Shown here in pieces: positions 16,279 to 23,500 of a DNA stretch of 64,000 nt. Every line of letters begins with the position of its first letter. The first letter of the stretch is position 1. Source of the stretch: a virus (Duplodnaviria; Caudoviricetes); IMG/VR virus record IMGVR_UViG_3300005077_000712, positions 1-64,000 of that record. One strand, 5' to 3'. The notes beneath the pieces were generated by a model that saw only the letters and a list, made by a program, of their open reading frames with translations, did no database searches and had not been told where the DNA came from. The position numbers and the translations under genes were made by a program.

Positions 16279-16350
16279 TGAGTTGTCAAGGACTTGAACC
16301 TCGAACTGATGGGTTACAGCCATGTATGATACCAATTTCACCAACAACTC
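16279..16350 (-). tRNA. tRNA-Tyr(GTA), short variable loop
   Basis: GAGTTGT/ACAACTC-A73; loop CTGTAAC; variable region only AGTT. Confidence 0.82.
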
Positions 16351-16356
16351 TTTTTC

Positions 16357-16507
16357 CAACTTACTAAATTCTTTAATTAAAGGAATCGAACCTTTCATAC
16401 TCCCGTATCGTCACCAAGAAACATAAGCACCCTTTTCAGGATTCTACAGGAATCGAACCTGTAACATAACCGTTATGTCACCAAGAATTAAAGAATTTAG
16501 TAAGTTG
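16357..16507 (-). ncRNA. RNA with a 22-bp terminal stem and two tandem T-arm modules
   Basis: caacttactaaattctttaatt/aattaaagaatttagtaagttg inverted repeat; two copies of TTCTTGGTGAC-hairpin-(A/C)AGG-TTCGATT-CCT. Confidence 0.7.
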
Positions 16508-16847
16508 AAAGGTGTAAACTTTCAACTTGTTTAATCACTTCACCAATGATTAAATGAAATCAATTTCTTACAGTATTTTATAACTAATAGTATAAGATTT
16601 TGATAATGGAAATAACGACACTTATTCGGGTGTATCTTTTTCTGACTTACCAAAAAGATCAAAACGGATAGTTTTCTTGACCTAAAAACTAACAAAATGA
16701 AACTTCAGAAAGTGTTATAAAAATTCTTTAGTTAAGGAATACATTAAAGCAGTATTTTGCCTTTGTTAATTAATAGGTTTATCATGTCCAAAACCTACAA
16801 AACTCCAAGTGTTTTATTTATACTCTAAATCAACGCAAAAAGAGTTA

Positions 16848-16939
16848 AAGATCCGCTTCGGAAAAAGGTACAGGCATTACTGCGTTTCCCTAACGCCGAT
16901 ATTGTTCTTTATATTCTTTCATAATCAGAGCGGAAATTT
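16848..16939 (-). ncRNA. Motif RNA copy Y (homolog of 17530..17617)
   Basis: CCGCTCT...AACAATATCGG...ACCT...CCGAAGCGG. Confidence 0.55.
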
Positions 16940-17022
16940 TATAATCAAACTTATTGTTGGACTCTATCGTTGGGATATAATCCCTATTGTTGTATGTCCT
17001 ATCTTCAGTTGGTTATACTATT

Positions 17023-17051
17023 ATTATAACATTTTTTAAATCTTTTGTCAA
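17023..17051 (-). promoter_or_regulatory. Sigma70 consensus promoter
   Basis: TTGACA-17-TATAAT. Confidence 0.9.
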
Positions 17052-17073
17052 GTTTTAATCTTTATAAGATTTT

Positions 17074-17330
17074 CAATTTACTAAATTCTTTAATTATTAA
17101 ACTGATTGGGGATTAATGTAGATGCAAAATTAAAATCTCTATAATTTAATTTTACTTCTATAAAAGTATTATAATATTCACTTACAGGTTTTCCTGCTGG
17201 AGCATATTAATAATCTTTTATAAGGCTTTTATAGGCTTAATCCACTTATACAATAGAGATTGACGTGAATCAGTTTCTAATCTACTAAAGCCATTTCCCC
17301 AATATAAAAATTAAAGAATTAAGTAAGTTG
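17074..17330 (-). ncRNA. RNA with a terminal stem homologous to 16357..16507
   Basis: caatttactaaattctttaatt/aattaaagaattaagtaagttg; inner TTGGGGA/TCCCCAA stem; starts just after a promoter. Confidence 0.6.
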
Positions 17331-17341
17331 GTTATACTAAT

Positions 17342-17370
17342 ATTATAACAGTTTTAAATCTTTTTGTCAA
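17342..17370 (-). promoter_or_regulatory. Sigma70 consensus promoter
   Basis: TTGACA-17-TATAAT. Confidence 0.9.
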
Positions 17371-17529
17371 GTTTTAATCTTTATAAGAAATCTTAATTTT
17401 ATTTAAATCTTATGAGATTCAGATTTAAATTTTTTATAAAATGGTCTCACCATTACTTACCCCTCGCAGGGGGATTTAAATGCAATTTTATAAAAATTCA
17501 AATTAAAATTTTTTATAAAAATTAAATAT

Positions 17530-17617
17530 ATAAATATCGCTTCGGGATAGGTATCGAATTTATAAACTAAAGAACCTGCTCCGATATTGTTTTTAATTTG
17601 TCTAGAGCGATATTTAT
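17530..17617 (-). ncRNA. Motif RNA copy X
   Basis: ATAAATATCGCT/AGCGATATTTAT stem; AACAATATCGG...ACCT...CCGAAGCG. Confidence 0.55.
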
Positions 17618-17663
17618 TTCAAATAAATGTTTTCAAAGATCATCTTCACTTGTTCGTGATTAT

Positions 17664-17692
17664 AGTATAACAATTTTTAAATCTTTTGTCAA
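17664..17692 (-). promoter_or_regulatory. Sigma70 promoter
   Basis: TTGACA-17-TATACT. Confidence 0.85.
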
Positions 17693-17705
17693 GTTTATAT
17701 AAACA

Positions 17706-17735
17706 AAAAGCCTTTGCTGTTTGGCAAAGGCTTTT
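17706..17735. terminator. Intrinsic terminator
   Basis: aaaagcctttgc-loop-gcaaaggctttt downstream of 17765..18088. Confidence 0.8.
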
Positions 17736-17764
17736 ATGATTTTTTAAAGTTTTTGTTAATCTGT

Positions 17765-18088
17765 TTATTTTTCTTTAAAAAACATCATAATTACAAATGC
17801 CAAGAAAACTATTGTTGGGACTGAAAGCCCTTTTAATGTTTCCGCTAAAACTCCAATTTGTGCAATAACATAATTTACAACTCCAATCTTTCCAACGAAA
17901 ACAAGATCTACTATAGCAACACCAAACAAAAATATATAAGCTAATTTTATTGGATTACTTGCTAAATCTGAAATACTTGTAATAATACCGTTGAATACTT
18001 TTTTAATTGCACCTGCTATTTCTGCTGTAGCATTATTAATTGTATTCATAAATCGTACTTTAAACGGTTGCCCTGGAACTACTGCCAT
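17765..18088 (-). CDS. Hypothetical membrane protein
   Basis: Two hydrophobic segments; GGAG SD. Confidence 0.7.
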   Translation of the reverse strand: MAVVPGQPFKVRFMNTINNATAEIAGAIKKVFNGIITSISDLASNPIKLAYIFLFGVAIVDLVFVGKIGVVNYVIAQIGVLAETLKGLSVPTIVFLAFVIMMFFKEK

Positions 18089-18315
18089 AAATTTCTCCTT
18101 TTACTTATTATTATATTATAGTATATTATATAAAAGTGTTTAATTTTTTTCTATAATTTTGCTACAAATTCCAAAAATTTTCCAAATATTTTCAGAATCA
18201 TCTTTATTATTTTTAAGAGTAATTTCTTTGCCTAATCCAATTTTTTCTCTTGGTATATAGGTATGAATTTCTTCCCCTTGTTCATTTCTTAATCCACACA
18301 TTAAATAAATCATAA

Positions 18316-18684
18316 TTAATTTATTGATACAATTTTTGATTCGGGTTTTTCTTCTAATGATTCATCAATTACATTTTCAATTGCTTTTTTTTCTTCTTCC
18401 CAATTAACTTTCTTTGGGTCGTAAATATCTCTTATAAGCATTTCATAACTTGCTTGAATTATTTTTTTTAATTCAATTCCGCCTGTTATATCACCTTTTG
18501 CTATTTGTTGAAATATTGGTGTAAAATGATTATGAGTTTCATCATAAAGTTCTTTTAATTCAATTGCACCTTTTTCTTTTTCTGGGAAGAGTGTTTTAAA
18601 GCATTTAATAGTTATTGCATTTAAATAAGAATTAAAAAATTCTCTAATTAAGGCATCTCCGTCTACTTTCATTGGTTGTTGCAT
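18316..18684 (-). CDS. Hypothetical protein
   Basis: 122-aa ORF with GAGG SD. Confidence 0.7.
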   Translation of the reverse strand: MQQPMKVDGDALIREFFNSYLNAITIKCFKTLFPEKEKGAIELKELYDETHNHFTPIFQQIAKGDITGGIELKKIIQASYEMLIRDIYDPKKVNWEEEKKAIENVIDESLEEKPESKIVSIN

Positions 18685-18739
18685 TTTTTTCCTCTTTAAT
18701 TTAATTTATAATATTATATAAATTTTAAAAAGGAAAATT

Positions 18740-19351
18740 TTATTTTTTTTTGTCTATTTTTTCAATTAATTTATCAATTTTTTCATTTCTATCTGAATCA
18801 TTTAACTTATTAATTAATTGTATTCCACCAACAGCTAATATTAAAATTGTTATTAAAGCTGTAATTGCTGTATATAATTTATTTGCAGTTGTAGCTTTTT
18901 CATTTGAATCTTTTGTATCTCTTGTAAGATTTTTAATATTTTCTTCTAAATCATCTAATTTTTTTGAAGAATCTAATATTAACCCAATTTTTGTTTCAAA
19001 GTCTTTTAAATCAAGACTAAATTTATTTTTATATTCTTGAAACTTTTTAATTTCATCAAGAATTTCTGTATTAGATGTTTTTAACATTAATTCATTCATT
19101 TTAGAAATCTTTGCAAATAAATCATTAAAAGCTTCTTTATATGTTTGAAGTATATTCATTAAACCTATAGAATCATTAACAACTTTTGTACTTAAATTAT
19201 TTATTGAATTAACAACATCACTTTGCATAGAAATGTTTCTTTCAAGAACACCCATCATTCTTTCTAAAAACTTTTCATTAGCAGACATCATTCTATCAAA
19301 ATTCAAATTATTATTGTCAATAATTGTTTGAATTATTTTATCATATTCCAA
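18740..19351 (-). CDS. Coiled-coil protein with C-terminal transmembrane helix
   Basis: Heptad-rich body; LYTAITALITILILAVGGI. Confidence 0.7.
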   Translation of the reverse strand: MEYDKIIQTIIDNNNLNFDRMMSANEKFLERMMGVLERNISMQSDVVNSINNLSTKVVNDSIGLMNILQTYKEAFNDLFAKISKMNELMLKTSNTEILDEIKKFQEYKNKFSLDLKDFETKIGLILDSSKKLDDLEENIKNLTRDTKDSNEKATTANKLYTAITALITILILAVGGIQLINKLNDSDRNEKIDKLIEKIDKKK

Positions 19352-19364
19352 TTTATATACCTAT

Positions 19365-19823
19365 TTATAATAATTTTTTAAATAAAGATTGTTGAAGTAA
19401 TTCTATCAAATAAAATCTTGAATCCATTGTATTTTTTAATAAATACCCAATATATATTTGATCTCCATTTTCCATAAAATATATTTGAAATAATAATATA
19501 TAATTTTTTAAATCAACTCTATAAAATTTATCATAATATAAAGAACTTACTAAATCACCATCTAATATCCACTTCTTAAATAATTCTGAATCTTCATCTT
19601 TAAAAATTACACATGAGCTATAACTAATTTCAAATTGTTGTGTTTCATTATTTGAAAGAGCTTTAAACATAAATAAGGATTGAAATAATTCTTCATTTGA
19701 TATATATGATTCTTCTATAATATCTTCTAATTGAGAAAGTAATTTATTTGAAATTTTGTCAAAATTTCTTGCTACTGTTGTATCTTTTAACAACAATCCA
19801 TTAATTTGGAAATTTGTTTGCAC
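19365..19823 (-). CDS. Hypothetical protein
   Basis: 152-aa ORF in a co-oriented run. Confidence 0.6.
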   Translation of the reverse strand: MQTNFQINGLLLKDTTVARNFDKISNKLLSQLEDIIEESYISNEELFQSLFMFKALSNNETQQFEISYSSCVIFKDEDSELFKKWILDGDLVSSLYYDKFYRVDLKNYILLFQIYFMENGDQIYIGYLLKNTMDSRFYLIELLQQSLFKKLL

Positions 19824-19842
19824 AAAAACCTTCTATCACATA

Positions 19843-20472
19843 TTATTTTTTTTTAATTATACTTTTAACATAATTAAAAGTAATAAATAAAAAGTTAAAT
19901 CCAATAAAAAAAGTTAATATTGCATTTATTAAAGCATAAATATTTGGATCTAAAAGAGAAGCATATCTAAATATTCCAAAAATATTTATTATAAACATTG
20001 AACTAAAAATTAATAAGAAAAATTTATAATTAAAAGTTTTATTAGCATAAAATATATAAATAATATTACCTAAACAAAAAAGATTAAAAAAACTATATAT
20101 TAATATATTAGGTAAGAAAAATACTGTCACTAAAGTAACTATGGTATAAATACCTATAACTATAAATCTATTTATATGTAATGAATTATTCTTATATAAA
20201 TTTGTTATTAATATATTTAATAAACCAAAGTAAATTAAACCATATCCATAAGAAGCTAAAATATGATTAATATTACCATGTGGTATTAATATTTCTAATA
20301 TTATTGGGAAAAAACTTAATATAAAATATAAAGCAAAATAAAAAACATATTTAAATATTGCTTGAGTCTTATCAATCTTTAATGCAATCATTCTTGCAAT
20401 CATACTAATAGAAAAAAAAGCAACAGTTATATATGTAAACATATATGCAAAATTTTTTAATTGTTCAAACAT
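19843..20472 (-). CDS. Multi-pass (about 7 TM) membrane protein
   Basis: Alternating long hydrophobic segments along the whole length. Confidence 0.7.
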   Translation of the reverse strand: MFEQLKNFAYMFTYITVAFFSISMIARMIALKIDKTQAIFKYVFYFALYFILSFFPIILEILIPHGNINHILASYGYGLIYFGLLNILITNLYKNNSLHINRFIVIGIYTIVTLVTVFFLPNILIYSFFNLFCLGNIIYIFYANKTFNYKFFLLIFSSMFIINIFGIFRYASLLDPNIYALINAILTFFIGFNFLFITFNYVKSIIKKK

Positions 20473-20588
20473 TAATTTATCCTATAATTTATTCTATTAA
20501 TATATTAAAAAAGACTGAAAAATCAGTCTCTTTTAATTTTTAAAATTTAATAAAATTTTGTTATCATATTAGTTAAAAAATATACTTT

Positions 20589-20942
20589 TTATAATGATTT
20601 AGTATATGTTTCACCAGCTAAACATTTTTCAAACCTATCTTTATAAATATTATATTGATTTTGAAAAAATGTCATATTTTCAAAATTTTCTTTCTGTTTG
20701 CGTTCTGATTCAAGAAGTTTATTTTTAATTTCACTCATTTTTTCAAAATGAGTTTGTTCCATTTTTATCATCTCAAATTTAGAAACTTCAAATTGCACAC
20801 GAACCCCAAGCCCAAAAAGCCCACCAGCAATTGTTGTGATTGTCACAATTACTGCCCATAACTTTGACCATGAAAGTTTTATAGGATATTCTTTCATTTC
20901 TTTAATATCTTCTTTAAGTTCATTTATTTCTTCTTTACTCAT
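20589..20942 (-). CDS. Membrane-anchored coiled-coil protein
   Basis: KLWAVIVTITTIAGGLFGLGV followed by a charged helix. Confidence 0.7.
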   Translation of the reverse strand: MSKEEINELKEDIKEMKEYPIKLSWSKLWAVIVTITTIAGGLFGLGVRVQFEVSKFEMIKMEQTHFEKMSEIKNKLLESERKQKENFENMTFFQNQYNIYKDRFEKCLAGETYTKSL

Positions 20943-21004
20943 ATTTTTTCCCTAAATATAATTTTTTTGTGTAATATATATATATTAAATTAATGGAGAA
21001 AATT

Positions 21005-21390
21005 ATGAGTATTTTAAATGCGTATTTAGAAAAAGTTGATGATAGTATAAAAATTAAAAAAGTGGTAAAAGAAAAGTATTTAATGAATATGAATGTTATT
21101 CAGATATGATGGATAAAACATCTGAAGCTAACATTACTCCAGAAATGGTACAAGATGTACTTGCACAACTTGGTAAATTATTATCTATGGATGAAGTGTT
21201 TATGCGTGATATAACAGAATTATGGACTGATACATATAATAATCGGATTGGTGGAGATAGTAATCGTGTTTCTTCAAAATTTGGTAATAATATAAGAACT
21301 CCAGAATCTTATATAGCACATACTATAATAAATGGGCATATTGCTACAAATAGTAGACAAAAAATTATAGACAGTTTTAAAAAATTATAA
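21005..21390 (+). pseudogene. YLEK-motif protein interrupted by a 1-nt frameshift near 21070 (or an assembly error)
   Basis: ATG 21005 with GGAG SD reads MSILNAYLEKVDD; adding one A at gaaaag joins it to 21106..21390. Confidence 0.6.
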
Positions 21391-21394
21391 TTAT

Positions 21395-21422
21395 AAAAGC
21401 CTCTGAATTTTCAGAGGCTTTT
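21395..21422. terminator. Bidirectional terminator between convergent genes
   Basis: aaaagcctctga-attt-tcagaggctttt. Confidence 0.88.
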
Positions 21423-21914
21423 TTATATAAATTTATCACAAACTTTTGTATTTGTTAATTCACCTGCTATATCACCAAGTAGCTTACATTTATACTTTGT
21501 TTTATAAATAAGTTTCCATTTACAATTTAAACAATTTTTTTCTTCAGTTGCAATACCAAAGTTAACTTCATCATTCTCAATTTTATTCTTAATTAAAAAA
21601 TCATATAGATCCTCAACTTCAGTTAAATCATCTTCCACATCTTTCCCTGTATGAATATTTCTATAAATAACTTTCTTACTACAAGTTTCATATAACCACC
21701 ATCCAATCCATTCTCCTTCATCATTAAATATTTCTTTTAATAAATGAAGAAGAGCATCATATTTAAGATTTTTAGTATTAAACATAACCCAAGAATCACA
21801 TACTAATTCTAATGATTTAGATACCTCTTTATCAATTTTATCTTGTTTTTGTATTTGCCCCATTATTTTTATAAAAACTTCTTTTGTTATCATATTATCC
21901 TTCAAATTTATCAT
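21423..21914 (-). CDS. Hypothetical protein
   Basis: 163-aa ORF with WIGWWLYE; C-terminal Cys cluster. Confidence 0.7.
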   Translation of the reverse strand: MINLKDNMITKEVFIKIMGQIQKQDKIDKEVSKSLELVCDSWVMFNTKNLKYDALLHLLKEIFNDEGEWIGWWLYETCSKKVIYRNIHTGKDVEDDLTEVEDLYDFLIKNKIENDEVNFGIATEEKNCLNCKWKLIYKTKYKCKLLGDIAGELTNTKVCDKFI

Positions 21915-22581
21915 AGTAATTAAAAACTTCTATTAACTGATTTCTATCTTTTATAGAATAAACATAATCCCCATCATTACAACGGACACAATAGTTTTCC
22001 TTATGAATTTGTTTATTATAAGGTACCTTTACAACATCTATATAAAATGTTTTTGGCTCAAAAGGAAATGATTTAATATACTGTCTACTTAAAATATCTT
22101 CTACACTCCCAGTAAATGTATCATACCTATCTTCACCTTGAAAAATTACTGCATCAAGGTAATATGCCTTTCCTTCTTTAGTTTCTTTAAAAATTGAAGA
22201 TAATCTTAAATTTTGATAATATGTTCCATCACACATTCCATATTGCCATTCTTCATCTATCCCAGTTATAGGACATATAGGTTGATGAAGGCAAAGTTTT
22301 TTTACTGCACTTGAGATTACTTGTGCTGTAAATGGTGCTGATCCACCACTCTGTCCTGATTCACTAAACTTTTTAACCAATGCAAGAACTTCAGGATAAA
22401 ATGGTTCTAATATAGGTCTATCATTTGGGCCATGGCATGATTTAGAAAGTATCTCTAATTCTTTTTCTGCTTTTAATAATCCATTACTTTTCTTTTTTTT
22501 CTTAAATATTTTTGTAAATGTTTTAAACAGGTTCATTAAATATGGATTCTTTTGTATTTGTACTTCACATGTATTATTCAT
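21895..22581 (-). CDS. Conserved phage hypothetical protein
   Basis: SGQSGGSA...PITGIDEEW motif. Confidence 0.7.
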   Translation of the reverse strand: MNNTCEVQIQKNPYLMNLFKTFTKIFKKKKKSNGLLKAEKELEILSKSCHGPNDRPILEPFYPEVLALVKKFSESGQSGGSAPFTAQVISSAVKKLCLHQPICPITGIDEEWQYGMCDGTYYQNLRLSSIFKETKEGKAYYLDAVIFQGEDRYDTFTGSVEDILSRQYIKSFPFEPKTFYIDVVKVPYNKQIHKENYCVRCNDGDYVYSIKDRNQLIEVFNYYDKFEG

Positions 22582-22901
22582 TTTCCCTCCTTCTTTTTTT
22601 CAATTTCTTTTAATTTTTTTATATAATCTTCTTGAGAACATGAATTATAAATATGAATTGTTCTTACATTTTTCCATAAAATAGTTTGTCTTGAATCTTC
22701 ACTATTAATTCTAATAATTTTTCTGTCTAAAAATACATGAGAACATTTAAAATAAATTTCAGTTCCATTATTTAATATAACAATACCAGCTTTATTCCCA
22801 GGAGTAAACTCCATTTCTTCTGGTGTAATATCAGTTTTATTAGTCAATGTTGAACATGAAATAAAACCTAAAAACATAATAAATATTAATATTTTTTTCA
22901 T
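22578..22901 (-). CDS. Putative lipoprotein
   Basis: MKKILIFIMFLGFISC lipobox. Confidence 0.7.
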   Translation of the reverse strand: MKKILIFIMFLGFISCSTLTNKTDITPEEMEFTPGNKAGIVILNNGTEIYFKCSHVFLDRKIIRINSEDSRQTILWKNVRTIHIYNSCSQEDYIKKLKEIEKKKEGK

Positions 22902-23149
22902 TTTTTGTCACTCCAAAATAAGTTATGAATTTTTAATATTACATCTACATTTACATTTTCTTTTAAAAGTATTTCAATTATTTTTAAATGTAAATCTTTA
23001 ATATCATCTCTTGGATTATATTGCCCTGTATCTTCAGGATAAATAAATTGTTGTGGCATTGGATTAGCGAAGTCATCATTAATACCACAATATTTGCAGC
23101 ATTCTGTACTACCTGTTATTGCTGGTAAAGCACAATTACATATTCTCAT
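22898..23149 (-). CDS. Hypothetical Cys-motif protein
   Basis: CNCALPAITGSTECCKYC. Confidence 0.65.
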   Translation of the reverse strand: MRICNCALPAITGSTECCKYCGINDDFANPMPQQFIYPEDTGQYNPRDDIKDLHLKIIEILLKENVNVDVILKIHNLFWSDKK

Positions 23150-23472
23150 ATTTCATACCTATTTGTTAGAGTTATTCCTTCTATATTATGATTTATTTCT
23201 TTTAAAAATACATCTGCATCATCAATGTAATATCTATCTTCAACAAAACATGATGATACTTTTTCTATTTTAAAAAATTCATCATAAGTAATTGGATCTT
23301 TAATATTAATATTTAACATTTTAGATTGTTCTTTTATATTTTTTTTTGATCTTTCGTTATAAGTAACTATAGTCCCATTATTTTTAGATGCTTCCATTAT
23401 TAATGCTGTTGTTTTCCCAGACTGTCTTTTCCCAGTAAAACAAATGATTCCATCTTCTCTTTGCATAATCAT
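23146..23472 (-). CDS. Small P-loop NTPase-like protein
   Basis: GKRQSGKTT Walker A; YYIDD Walker B-like. Confidence 0.65.
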   Translation of the reverse strand: MIMQREDGIICFTGKRQSGKTTALIMEASKNNGTIVTYNERSKKNIKEQSKMLNINIKDPITYDEFFKIEKVSSCFVEDRYYIDDADVFLKEINHNIEGITLTNRYEI

Positions 23473-23500
23473 ATTATTACCACCACAACTTAATTAAATT

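Noticed and set aside
16740-16775. c-di-GMP-I riboswitch (GGCAAA)
   Set aside because: The second GCAAA/P2 element and P1 pairing are absent
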